From Antedon mediterranea (Eukaryota > Animalia > Echinodermata): DNA of 64,000 bases. Every line of letters starts with the position of its first letter. Within the stretch, counting starts at the first letter, position 1. The notes under the pieces were generated by a model. The model worked only from the letters and a program-made list of their open reading frames with translations. It had not been told where the DNA came from and made no database searches. Positions 38,373 through 51,397 of the stretch are shown piece after piece. The position numbers were made by a program, and so were the translations under genes. The stretch covers positions 14,976,912-15,040,911 of the forward strand of contig NC_092675.1 of NCBI RefSeq assembly GCF_964355755.1. The letters run 5' to 3'.

Positions 38373-41300
38373 TGTAGTGTGATTAGCAATAAAGAGAATT
38401 GTCTAAGGTTTTAATCAACTAAATGTCAGCATAACATAAACAACTATTCGATACGAATGATCAAAGATGGCGCATAGGTATGGGCGCCGAACATGTCACC
38501 ACATTCTCCCCCGCTTAAAAAAACGCAGGTTATTATTAGGTATACATTAGTATTCTTAAAACCCCCAACGTTCAGGCGGCCTACTTTTTCTGGATGATCT
38601 TCTAACATTTACTGTTTTGTCTACTACATTTACACTTTCCTTGGGCTTAAGCATACCACTATCTTTATCATGATTTAATGGTCCTTTAAGTACACCTGTA
38701 TTATCAATTAAAGTTTCCATCTGATTGTTCTCTGGCTCAATATTACTCTCAGCCTCTGTACAATTGTCCCAGCAGGAGCCAGGTGACGAAGTGATACGGT
38801 CGATTCTCTACCGTCTTGAAAACGTACATGTGCATATTGCGGATTTGCCTGTATAAGTTCCACCTCGTCTACTAGTGCATCCATTTGTGGGTACGAACAT
38901 GTCGCTTAAGAAGAACAGGTCCTGGAGTGCAGAGCCATGAAGGGATGGATGACCCTGATGCCGACCTTCTCTCATGCGGTGTCTCATTTGTAGCAGTACA
39001 TACTAATGCAAAACATCTTGCCAGCGTTTCGTAGGTAGTCCCCGCGTTTCCAAAGCTAATGTAATTGTCTTCCAGATAATACCATTGTACCGCTCGGTTT
39101 GCCCGTTACACTGGGGATTATAACTAGTAGTTCTGCTACATGCTACACCCCCTGTTACCAAGAATTCTGTAAGTTCTTTACTTAGGAATGCTGCTCCTCT
39201 GTCTGAGTGAATATAAGCTGGTGTTCCGAATAAAGAGAACAACTGACAGAGACAAGTAATAACCATTGGGTGATGTCATATCCGAGCAAGGAAATATAAA
39301 TGGGAATCTCGAAAACTCGTCGACGACTGTTAAGAAGTAAATATTCTTATCTGCACTGGGCAACGGCCCTTTAAAATCTATATTAAGACGCTCAAACGGC
39401 TGGGTGGCTTTGATCAATGGCGTGTTATTAGGTTTATAAAATTGCGGCTTTAACTTTGCACAGACTTGGCAAGCAGCTGTTATCTTTCTTACCTCTTCTA
39501 CTGTGAATGGAGGTTCTTTGTTTTAACAAAATGCCACATCCTAGTGATTCCTGGATGGCACAACATATTGTGAAGCTCGACGAGGCGGTCAGTTGCGTTA
39601 CTCGATGAGCAGAACGCTCCGGTCATTGTGTCTGGCGGAATATTTTCTGTACCTGGGCGCGGTATACTATATCAAATACGAAACATGAAAGTTCAATCCT
39701 CCAGCGCCTCATCTTCTCATTTTTAATCTTGCCTTTATGTTGAATGTCAAACATATAGCTAACTGATTTCTGGTCAGTTTTCAGCGTAAACCTTCTGCCA
39801 ATCAAGTAGTAGGACCAATACCTAACAGCTTCGATAATCGCCAACGCTTCCTTTTCAATTGCTGGGTGATTCCTTTCAGCCCCTGTCAATTGACGAAAAA
39901 AGAATGCTACTGGTCTTCCTGCTTGATTTAATGTTGCTGCTATAGCTGTGTCTGATGCGTCTGTCTCAATTTCGAAAGGAATTTTCTCATCGATTGCCGC
40001 AACAACAGAGTTCTCAATGTCCGATTTGAGATCATTGAATGCTTTCACCGCTTCCTGTCCCAAAGGAAAAGTAGAAGATGATGATAATGGTTTAACCTTT
40101 CTCGAGTATCCAGGTATCAAGTGTGCATAATAAGCGAACAACCCCAAACAACGGCCAAGTGACTTCAGATTCTAAGGAATAGGAAATTCTTTTAAAGGAC
40201 GTAGTCTTTCTGGGTCTGGGCGCAAGTCGCCGTTTTCGATAACATACCCCAGAATGCTCAATCGCTTTGTTGCAGAAACGCCTTTGTCTTCGGTAAATGT
40301 TATTTTCTTTTTCCGTGCCGCTTCGAGGAATTTTGCTCGGTTATTCATCAGATCAGCCATATCCTCGCCACCTATCGTTACGTCATCAAGGTAAGCGAAA
40401 GTCGCTTTAAGGCCCTCGTCCTTGATAAAGTTATCAATTTCCCTCTGGAAGCATGTGACGCCGTTGGTAACCCCGAATGGGAGCCTAATATACTGATAGA
40501 GGCCACCATCGGCTTCAAACGCTGTATACGCTGTATCTTGGTACCTTAAAGGTATTTGATGATAAGCGCTACGCAGATCAAATGTACTGAATATTTTGTA
40601 TTTTGCGATGCTGTTTACGATATCAGTGATTCGAGGCAATGGATAGCTATCAGGGAGCGTAAAACGGTTAATTGTTTCTGAATAATCAATGACCAGTCGC
40701 TTTTTGTGGTTCTCATTCTTGGTCACAACAACTTGTGCCCTCCATGGCGAGTTACTTTCTTCGATTATGCCCTGTTTTAACAATTGTTGCACTTCAGCTT
40801 TAATGAAACGCTTGTCATCTTCGCTATATCATCGCGATTTGGCGGCGAATGGATGGCAATCGGGTGACAGATTAGCGAACGGTTCTACAGAATTTACTTT
40901 CATTGTGGAAAATTGTTCACGTTCAGGCTTGTCTATAGTGTCGGTTGATCCACACAGTATCAGTGGAGGTAGTGTACCCCCATACTCCAGAATCACGCGT
41001 TCATGTTTCGTCTGAAAATCTAGTCCCAATATGACGTCAGTGCAGAGATCTGGCAGAACCCGCAGCTTAATTCCCTTATACCGATGACCATTTAACTCGA
41101 TCAAAACTGTGCACGCTTGTATTGATACCTGAGACAATGAAGTTGAGGCCATATTAACTGATAATTTGGCTGGTTTTAGTGCTAGTTTAAACTTCTTAAC
41201 GAGGGAAGGGTGTACAAAGCTATTAGTGCTTCCGCTGTCAATCAAGCAGTTTGCCGATTTCCCATTTACTTTGATTCCAATTATCGACCTTGACAAAGAT

Positions 41301-43171
41301 GTTGCGGATGACGTAGCTGTTGCCATGTACGGTCGGTTTTAAAAAATAGCAGACAACATAGATTTCTTTTGAGTGTTAGTACTTGACGTAGACCGGCACA
41401 CCTTAGCAAAATGACCGAGTTTTCCGCATTTTCTACAACTCTCGTCTCGTGCAGGGCAATTTGAACGTAGGTGTTTATTATAGCCACAAAAATAGCACTT
41501 TACGGAAGAGTTTGCGCCGGTTAGCTGAGATGGCTCTGGGTTTAGCATATCGTCTTGCGCCGCAGCTACGCTCACCGTTGAGGCATTAGGCCTAGGTATT
41601 TTGCCTTAATTGTACGATTCTGAATTCTTTTGAGCCGTTTCAAGGGATCTAGCTTGATCGAACATCGTTTGTAGATCGAGAGTTTTGTTTTCGAGTAGAC
41701 GCTGCCTTATCATTTGTGAATAGAGTCCGCTAATAAACGAGTCCCTTATGCAATCGTCACGAGCTTGCTCAGCCGTTACAGCCTTAAAATTGCAATCTTT
41801 ACTAAGGACTTTGAGAGCCTGTAGATACTCATCAAGGGTCTCGCCGGCATTTTGTTTTCGCGTGGCGAGTCTGTGCCTAGCAAATATCTCATTCGTTGGT
41901 TTAAGGTACATACCCTTCAAAATCCCCAAGGCATCAACATAAGAAGTGCACTCTGAAATAGTCTCATAAATTCTAGGCGAAACAAAGTTTGTCAGTATGC
42001 TGAGTTTATCGATCTCACCTTCGTCAGGCGCTGTCAGTACCGCCACAAAGTTCTCGAATGTTCTGATCCAGTGGGTCCACTCTTTTGCTGCGGTAAATCC
42101 AGCCTCTCTGGTCTGAGAATTCTCTCCATCGGAATTAGTATAATTATCGTTAAACAAGTACTTGATTAAATTGTAGTGTGATTAGCAATAAAGAGAATAG
42201 TCTTCATATACCTGTGTAAGGTTTTAATCAACTAAATGTCAGCATAACATAAACAACAACTATCGTGATACGAATGATCAAAGAGGGTTCCCCGGGTGCA
42301 GGTCAAGTCGGCCCCAAACCGTCTCGGCCAAAGTCAAGTCGGCCCCACGTCATGTCGGCCCCAAGTCAACTCGGCCTCAAGTCAACTCGGCCTCAAGTCA
42401 ACTCGGCCTCACGTCAACTCGGCCAAAAACTAATCGGTCAACTCGGCCACAATAAAGTATGGAACGCAAAAAGTGCTTAATATTATTACGATTCTTACTA
42501 TCCACGTTTTAAAAAAAATGAAGAAATAAAAAATATAATATATAAAAAAATGAACTCATTGCCGATATGAATAGAAGTACCCGCGTGTTACAAAAAACAC
42601 GTGCAGGTACCGTATTTTAGGAAATCGAAGACGGAGGCCTACGTTCCACCATTTGGCCGTAGAAAAAATGATCGTACATCGTTTTTGTGCATGATTTGCG
42701 TTTTTTAAAAAGGGGAATCCCCCGGTCAGCGAAAACACGTAGCAGTTGTAGATATCGAAAAAGCTGGCAAACGCGCAGGGAGGCTCAGCTACGAAATTTT
42801 ATTAAACGTAAATAAAGGAAAGTTGGTGAAATCATTCTTATTTTTTTTGCTAAATATATTATTTTCTAAATAATAATATTCATTAAAAGTCAGAATTATT
42901 CATAGTTAAAAAATTGTGAAGAAATATTATTTTATCAATCCCCTTCATTTGCACTTTTTGCGTTCCATACTTTAACGGGGCCGAGTTGACCGATTATTTT
43001 TTGGCCGAGTTGACGTGAGGCCGAGTTGACTTGAGGCCGAGTTGACTTGAGGCCGAGTTGACTTGAGGCCGACTTGACTTGGGGCCGACTTGACTTTGGC
43101 CAAGACGGTTTAGGGCCGACTTGGATCGAAACCATCAAAGATAGGTATGGGGCGCCGAACATGTCACCACA
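38373..43171 (-). mobile_element. Gypsy LTR retrotransposon, full length but frameshifted
   Basis: TG..CA LTRs 38373-38503 and 42172-43171 (the latter interrupted); 5-bp TSD AGCGG; PPT AAGCGGGGGAGAA; gag with two CCHC knuckles, protease LIDSGS, RT YLDD, RNase H TDAS, integrase SDRG..NGQTER. Confidence 0.95.
42286..43133. mobile_element. MULE-type foldback MITE copy 1 (in the Gypsy 5' LTR)
   Basis: Inverted arrays of AAGTCAACTCGGCCTC; flanked by ATCAAAGA(G/T) duplication. Confidence 0.85.
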
Positions 43172-43490
43172 AGCGGGTCTCCATGTTTTCCATACATTGA
43201 TGTTCTAAGCAACAGTGCCGAATGTACAGTCATTCCACCAATATTGAAAGCTGCTACTCCAGTGGGGGCAGTTAGAAGGGCAGTTATGTCATTTGGTTTG
43301 AATCTTTTAGACAGGGAAAATAGTCGTTTAGTGTCAGAGTGAATGATTTGTAACACATGTCCTTTTCCTACACCACCAGGTCCACTCAGAAACAACCTAA
43401 AAGGCTTAGGTTTTCCTCCATTTTTTAATGCTGAAACTGCACTTTTACACCATTTTCTGTGATAAAGAACCACTTGTCTTTGTTTGGTAT

Positions 43491-44322
43491 GGGTGCAGGT
43501 CAAGTCGGCCCCAAACCGTCTCGGCCAAAGTCAAGTCGGCCCCAAGTCAACTCGGCCTCAAGTCAACTCGGCCTCAAGTCAACTCGGCCTCACGTCAACT
43601 CGGCCAAAAACTAATCGGTCAACTCGGCCACAATAAAGTATGGAACGCAAAAAGTGCTTAATATTATTACGATTTTTACTATCCACGTTTTAAAAAAAAA
43701 TGAAGAAATAAAAAATATAATATCATATAAAAAAATGAACTCATTGCCGATATGAATAGAAGTACCCGCGTGTTACAAAAAAACACGTGCAGGTACCGTA
43801 TTTTAGGAAATCGAAGACGGAGGCCTACGTTCCACCATTTGGCCATAGAAAAAATGATCGTACATCGTTTTTGTGCATGATTTGCGTTTTTAAAAAAGGG
43901 GAATCCCCCGGTCAGCGAAAACACGTAGCAGTTGTAGATATCGAAAAAGCTGGCAAACGCGCAGGGAGGCTCAGCTACGAAATTTTATTAAACGTAAATA
44001 ATTAAAGGAAAGTTGGTGAAATCATTCCTATTTTTTTTGCTAAATATATTATTGTCTAAATAATAATATTCATTAAAAGTCAGAATTATTCATAGTTAAA
44101 AAAGAAGAAATATTATTTTATCAATCCCCTTCGTTTGCACTTTTTGCGTTCCATTCTTTAATAACGGGGCCGAGTTGACCGATTATTTTTTGGCCGAGTT
44201 CACGTGAGGCCGAGTTGACTTGAGGCCGAGTTGACTTGAGGCCGACTTGACTTGGGGCCGACTAGACTTGGGGCCGACTTGACTTTGGCCGAGACGGTTT
44301 AGGGCCGACTTGGATCGAAACC
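43491..44322. mobile_element. MULE-type foldback MITE copy 2 (in the Helentron ORF)
   Basis: Near-identical to copy 1; perfect 9-bp TSD GTTTGGTAT at 43482-90 and 44323-31. Confidence 0.9.
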
Positions 44323-47300
44323 GTTTGGTATTAAGGGAGCGCATCATGTGTCTGTACTGACTGGGGTTAAGAATTTCTCTGTTTTCCTCCAGTTCATAGC
44401 GATAACTTATATCACGACTGTTGCTTGTATTTTCTGCCCTTTGAAATAACTCTGTATTTGCATCAAGGTCTTCTTGTTGTAGGTTTCTTTCAACACTAAA
44501 TCCCTGACCTTGATCTTCTAAATTGGTATGTTCAGCCCCTGGTGCTAGAAGGTCCCACACATGTTGTGGTGGGCCATTTTCTACACTTTGTACAGCTTGA
44601 TCAATTTCATCGACATTTACAGAATACTTGGCTTCTATTTCAAGAGCTTGTTTAACAACTACTTCATAATGATCTTTATACTCATCGTATCCAGCAAGAA
44701 GATCATTGTCCTCATTTCTCCATGGAAAATAAAGCATCAGTTTAGCTCTGTAAAAGTTAGACGGGTCTTTGTCAACATTGAACTTTCGAAAACGTATGAC
44801 TGCTGGTCGACGGCGTTTTCACATAGAACCTTTTTGGTTTTTCAGTTTGATGTACTTTGGAAGACATTTTTCATATTGTATTTCTGGATCATCAATAACA
44901 ACAGGAACACTGTCATCTGTGTCTCTATTTTTCTCTTTGTAATCTGCAGTGTATGTAGAAGAAAATTCTGCCAGTGACATGTTTTCTAGACTGGTTGGTC
45001 TGTGTTCATACCTATCCACAATACTCATTTGAAAAATATCTTCATGATCATCATCTAAACTTTCCAACTGGTTAGCATTTTTCAAAACCACAGCTCTGCT
45101 TTTCTTTGGATCTGTATTGATAAATACTATAGTTCTGCTAACCTTTTTCATTGGCATTGACAGTAATCTGTAGACAGATTCTTGAGCACTAACTTCACGG
45201 TGATTCAGAAACACTGAACCAACCTTTCTTAACACAGATTTCACCTCTTTATCTTGGTGTTCTTTGCATGCTTGTTTAAGCAGTTCTCCCATGCCCTTTT
45301 CATTTTTAGTCATGTAAGAAGCCACATACACTACACAAGCAAAGGCATCGAGAATGAATTGTATGTCAATATTGGCTTTCCATGCTTTTAACACAGTAGG
45401 GTTGTACATGTTTACACATTGCTCTGATGAAGTTCTTTCCATAATTATGGTTGTACCTTTCTGTGATATACTGAGTGATTTCATATATTCAACTTCATCT
45501 GTTTTTGCTGTTTCACACAACTTTGAAAGTGAACTATCAACATCTGTGTTCTCATCCATCATAACATCCAGTACAGCACTAAGCACATGTTTAGCAGCCT
45601 TTTTTTTTGGCAGGGGCAAGCTCGTCATTAGGTTCTCGGGCTAAAAGTGTTCTGGAACTAGGAGGTCGAGGATAGTGAAATCTACAAGAGCCTTTCTTGC
45701 GACAATATGCTGAATGTTTGTGTACCTGTAAGTTCTCTACAAGCTCAAGCAAATCAGGGTCATTGTCTGGAAGAGTGCAAGAGATTCGTTCATCTAAAAA
45801 TGCACAAATTTCGGCATCTGAGTTCACATCTAGTTTAGGGGAATTTTTTACCTATACCTATACGTGCCTGATACATAGTCTACAACGTCACCAAGTGGTT
45901 TTGCAGAGGACATGATGACATCATGAAATAGCAAATCTAACCTATATTGAAATTGTCTTGCAGCTGAAGCAGGATTGCTTCGCAACCAGTGTGTTCTTTC
46001 AGAAAAAAGTCAAGTTTTTCACATCACTATCACTCAAAATAGTACCATACTGTTTGAATGACATCTGGCCACTGCATATCTGCAGCAGATACAGTAAAAA
46101 ACCATGTTGGGATTTCTAGCTGCCTTACCAAAGCTAACACATCATAGAACAGAGATTGGAAGTAGCCAGGTGAACCCCGTATATTCTTCAAAATCTTGTA
46201 CACTTTGTCTGCCTTAATCATTTCGTTCATCTTTTCAACATTTTTTACTTGGCATGCTTTAAGAGTTTGACCTTGGAATTGATTCCCGGAAGCTCGTCTG
46301 AATATAAAATGATTTATGTCCCCATAAACTTGTTTGCTTTCTACTGCGTACTGGGCACTCAGAAGATAATCTATTGATTTTGCAAATCTGCCGTCACAGT
46401 CAAGTAGCCGTTGATTGAAATATCTTCTTGTATGTATATATGTTTCTCTTTCAGAAGTCAGAGCATTATTACCATATGGGTATTTGTCTGGATTTGCCAA
46501 TTCCTCAAAATATTTATCTGTCAGAAGGTTCAGAGGTTTTTCTCCTTCGCCAGGAGCAATGCAAATGACTTTGTTGGTAATATCTGGATTTTCTTTTAAC
46601 ATACAGGTTTCATAAGGTAAACCAGAAACCTCTGAATTGTTTTCGAATGCTGCTTCATCCTGAGAATTTTCAATTTCTTCTTTATTCGTCAGGTTCTCAT
46701 GATCAGAAATGTTTGTCACTGTAACTGTGGGTTCATTTCTGTGTTCATTTCCTTTATTTTCTTCCAGCACAACATAGCAATTAGTCCAAGGTGAAATTCA
46801 TGAGCTGTTCTAACCCTTGAACATACTTTCTCTACATGGTCGCTATTTGTCGTATGTACATGTACTTTCAATGAGAACTGATCTGCAATCGCTTGCAACA
46901 CTATGTGATCTCCCCACTGGGAGCCATTCTCTACTCCATCTAAATATCTGAGCCATCTAATTTCACTCTGAGTATCTGCGTCACTGACTTGTGCTATAAC
47001 AACATCTGCGATCGTGGGTTGTTCAGTGTCTGCATTAGTCAGGTCACTGTCAGCTACACGATTAGAAACAAAGTCTTTGTAAAACTCAGGATATTTTGAC
47101 ATATATATTGCAGTATGTTGACGTAATGACTTAGGATCTGTTTTATTAATTCCTAGGCTTTCTAACTGATGACATACTGCTGAATATAAACAGTCGCCAT
47201 CTCGTGACACATCAACTACTCTCATGTGAATTACATCTGCAACACGACCAATGTCACTACGGTCAACTTGATCCGGAAAATAATTACTTTTATCAGCAAC

Positions 47301-48164
47301 ACGACCAATGTCACTAATGTCCACTTGATCGGGAAAATAATTACTTTCATCATCAGCAACACGACCAATGTCACTACGGTCCACTTGATCCGGAAAAAAA
47401 TTACTTTCATTATCAGCACAGGTCATTGCTTTCCAGAGTTCCTTATTATCTGTTTTCGCTTCAACTGTCCAGTTTTGATTTATGTTAATGTTCTTGTAAT
47501 GTGGATTGTTTTCTTTCAGCCACCGAAGTGCCGACAGAACCTTCTGAGGGTTTACATAATCATACATGTAATATGACTTAATATTTTCTTCTCCGTTTAA
47601 ACTTCAGTGGCAATAACTGACAAACAGTGTCCACTTTTGCTGGGATATTTACAGCAGGACCATTGATTGCATGTTGCCTTCCACATAGTAATCCTACCAG
47701 TTTCATGAAAGGAATTCTTTGAGAAATAAGTCGTAGTTCAAGTGGGTTTAAATGTTTCAACTCTGGAGGCTGGATCTGCAAGTTGTAAGTTGTTGGCTTT
47801 GGATTGACATGGAATTTTCCCATTTTTCATTAATTTATGACATGTGTGACAAATCCATTCTTTATTATCCATTGATGTTCTTCTGTAACCACAAATAGCA
47901 TTAAAAATCTTTGTTTTCAGCTTTTGATAATTCAGTGGTTTAAATTGTACTACTGAACACCGATATAATAATCTGTGACACGAACAACAAATATAATCAG
48001 CAGCATCTTTCACATGTTTATGAAAAATTAGCAATTACTTCTGCACTACTTGTAATGCTTAAGTGTCTTTTCTGACGCTGGTTTTTCACATTCTCACGCA
48101 CCTTGTCACGTCGTGCACGCTTTTCAACAGCAGTTTCCACATTTCGAGTTCTTTTTATATTTTG

Positions 48165-49160
48165 GTTTGCTTTGGCCAGTCTCTCTCTTTTTTGTTCCAT
48201 TGTTTCCTTATTTCGGGATCGATCTTGTAACATTCGTTTTTAGTTTGGCCAGTCTCTCTTTTTTTTGTTCCGTTGTTTCCTTATTTCGGGATCTTGTAAC
48301 CATATTTTTCAGTTTGGCTAGTCTCTCTTTTTTTTGTTCCGTTGTTTCCGTATTTCGGGATCTTGTAACATTCGTTTTTAGTTTGGTCAGTCTCTCTTTT
48401 TTTTGTTCCGTTGTTTCCTTATTTCGGGATCTTGTAACATTCGTTTTTAGTTTGGTCAGTCTCTCTTTTTTTGTTCCGTTGTTTCCTTATTTCGGGATCT
48501 TGTAACTTTCGTTTTCAGTTTGGCTAGTCTCTCTTTTTTTTGTTCCGTTGTTTCCGTATTTCGGGATCTTGTAACATTCGTTTTTAGTTTGGTCAGTCTC
48601 TCTTTTTTTTGTTCCGTTGTTTCCTTATTTCGGGATCTTGTAACATTCGTTTTTAGTTTGGCTAGTCTCTCTTTTTTTTGTTCCGTTGTTTCCTTATTTC
48701 GGGATCTTGTAACATTCGTTTTTAGTTTAGCCAGTCTCTCTTTTTTTTGTTCCATTGTTTCCTTATTTCGTGATCTTGTAACATTCGTTTTTACTTTGGC
48801 CAGTCTCTCTTTTTTTTTTTTGTTCCATTGTTTCCTTATTTCGGGATCTTGTAACATTCGTTTTTACTTTGGCCAGTCTCTCATTTTTTTGTTCCGTTGT
48901 TTCCTTATTTCGAGATCTTGTAACATTCGTATTTACTTTGGCCAGTCTCTTTTTTTTTTTGTTCCGTTGTTTCCTTACTTCGGGATCTTGTAACATTCGT
49001 TTTTACTTTGGCCAGTCTCTCTTTCTTTTTTTTCTTCCGTTGTTTCCTTACTTCGGGATCTTGTAACATTCGTTTTTACTTTGGCCAGTCTCTCTTTTTT
49101 CTTCCGTTGTTTCCTTACTTCGGGATCATGTAACATTCGTTTTTACTTTGGCCAGTCTGT
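48165..49160 (-). repeat. 69-bp coding tandem repeat (23-aa STPR-like unit), about 14 copies, Helentron N-terminus
   Basis: Unit KETTEQKKERLAKLKTNVTRSRN; period 69 nt; frames broken by poly-T length changes. Confidence 0.9.
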
Positions 49161-49994
49161 CTTGTTTGTGCTCAGTGTTTTCCTTATCTCGAGTCTTGGC
49201 CATACATGACCTCGATTCTTTTCTCCGTTGATCTGCACTTTTCTTTTTTGTTCGAGGCATTTTTTAAAGTATAAAACAAAAATAATCTCAGTAGTGTGTA
49301 TGATAATAGTCATTAAACAGGCGTACACAACGTTGTTCTCTGTAATTAATAGCTCTCTTTGTTACGTTCGTTCTTCATCGTAGTCGGTTTGGTATGCCGT
49401 GCATTGTTATGCAAATAAGATTGTGCAGGTGTACTGGGACTGGCATGTTCTGAAAGTATATACCTATGTACAGAATGGACACACACTGGTACTAAAAAAA
49501 CTAATTATTAACTAACAATAGATTAATTTGAATAACAATAGAACAGCAACGCGAAAAACAAACGGGTAAATTTGAAAATAAATAGGCTTTTTAAAACTAC
49601 TCGTATCAAAAAACCTGTAGGCCTACATTAAACCAAATTATGTTTTAAAAATTACAAATCACAATTTATAACTCTCGTGAAAATGCAATTTCAGTACACT
49701 CGTTACTTTAAGACTGCTCGCCAGCTTTTGAAAATTGTCTCCTATCTTTTAACACTAGCCGGTCTGAAAATAATATAATTTATAATTTTTGTTATTTGTG
49801 AAGTTATTAATAAACCGATTTTGTTGATTTTCAATAGGCATGGTCTGAAAGTATATACCTATATACACCCAAAAATTCAGAAGGATAACTTGAAAACTGT
49901 AGGCGCTATCGGGCTAACAAACAAACATACATACATACATACATACAAACATACATACAAACAAAGTAAATACTATACTTGGCAAAATTATATC

Positions 49995-50520
49995 TCTCTA
50001 TAGTTCACTATGTCGGTCGGTCTGTCTGTCGGTCCGGTATCACTATGCGTTTTATCGCTTTTCTGTACTTTTTTAACTGTTTTGATGTACAGACAATTAG
50101 TCGCGTGGGTGGACGTGACTCTATAGTTCACTATGTCGGTCGGTCTGTCTGTCGGTCCGGTATCACTATGCGTTTTATCGCTTTTCTGTACTTTTTGATG
50201 TACAGACAATTAATCGCGTGGGTGGACGCGACTCAATAGTTCACTATGTCGGTCGGTCTGTCTGTCTGTCCGGTATCACTATGCGTTTTATCGCTTTTCT
50301 GTACTTTTTGAACTGTTTTGATGTACAGACAATTAGTCGCGTGGGTGGACGCGACTCAATAGTTCACTATGTCGGTCGGTCGGTCTGTCTGTCCGGTATC
50401 ACTGCGTTTTATCGCTTTTCTGTACGTTTTGAACTACAGACAAGTTTTAAAGTACATTACTTTTTGAAAGTTCATTTTTTTCTGAGAGCACGCGACTTAT
50501 GGCTGTTGGCCTTTTTTTAG
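49995..50520 (+). repeat. HINE/DINE-1-like element with ~4 tandem copies of a ~110-122-bp 5' module
   Basis: Unit contains palindrome AGTCGCGT-GGGTGG-ACGCGACT and (GTCG/GTCT)n; ends ACGCGACT + GGCTGTTGGCC + T-run. Confidence 0.75.
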
Positions 50521-50569
50521 TTCCCAGAGCTATTTTGTAAAATTGTGCTTTATCTTATTTACGTATTAT

Positions 50570-50882
50570 TTAATAATAATAATAGTTCATTCTTATATAG
50601 CGCTCTACAAGCAAGCTTCTCTTAGCGCTGAACATTATTACCCCAGCCAGTTTTTTGTGTGGATCAAACACGTATGGAAACATACTCCCATTATACAGCT
50701 AGTAATCAGCGCAAAGTTGTGTCTTGATCTAACCGGGTACCCATTTATACACCTGAGTGGAGAGAGGCAAACGTAAGTAAAGTATCTTGCCTAAGGTTAC
50801 AAGCAATGCGGCGAGAGTTGGATTCGAACCTCGGTCTCACGATCAGTAGTCCAACATCCAACACCCTGCGCCACACGCCCTC
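50570..50882 (-). mobile_element. tRNA-derived SINE with CORE-like centre
   Basis: Minus strand: TGGCGCAG A-box, GGTTCGAATCC B-box, CCTTAGGCAAG..TGCCTCTCTCCACTCAGGTGTATAAATGGG, tail AGCGCTATATAAG..(TAT)n. Confidence 0.75.
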
Positions 50883-51397
50883 ACAATAAGTTAATTATTT
50901 ATTGTTCTGATTTGCCTCTTTGTACTGCATTTTACCGTTGAAAGCATAGGATGCTTGCCAATGTCACATAATACCCGTCAATGATCACAACATTAAAACA
51001 CTACAACATGGCCATCCATAGTACAATAAATATTAATAAACAAAAGTTTGTGGGTATACTTGCGACAGGCAGTCGGACAATAAATAACTAAACACGTACA
51101 GCTCCGCTCATCTGGCTTTGATCTACCACTCATTCCAATAAATGAATCACAGACTAGACGCGTACATCTCCGTCACCTATCTTCTATCAATCTACAGTAG
51201 ATGCGTATAGCTCCGCTCATCTTTCTACTCACAATCTTTCTACTTGACGCTACCTATCGACGACCTCAACTGGAGACAATGCTGATAGCCTGACGATAGT
51301 CATTCACCACCCGTCCTAAACAACCAAACACTAACAACCAGACAGTCTTTAAAAATAAAATAACCCAAAGTTCTAAATGGTATGCCCATACAATTAA

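Larger units (their letters stand above)
35666..49988 (-). mobile_element. Helentron (Helitron2) with decayed RepHel-endonuclease polyprotein
   Basis: Order on minus strand: 23-aa repeats, CxxC finger (YICCSCHR..WICHTC), DUF6570-like, OTU (DGDCLYSAV..WGDH), Rep (APGEG, IRGSPGYF, LQVHKHSAYC, YNPTVLKAWKANIDIQ, REVSAQE), Pif1 ([39 protein letters not shown]), APE (HLNV, FCETYL, LIDHIY, SDHEAV); many frameshifts. Confidence 0.92.

Noticed and set aside
42297-44320. Ser/Arg/Gln-rich ORFs (KSTRPQVNSAS)
   Set aside because: Translations of the 16-bp MITE subrepeats.
35085-49988. ~550-bp direct repeats as LTRs of a giant retroelement
   Set aside because: No TG..CA ends, PBS or PPT; better explained as repeated Helentron 5' ends.
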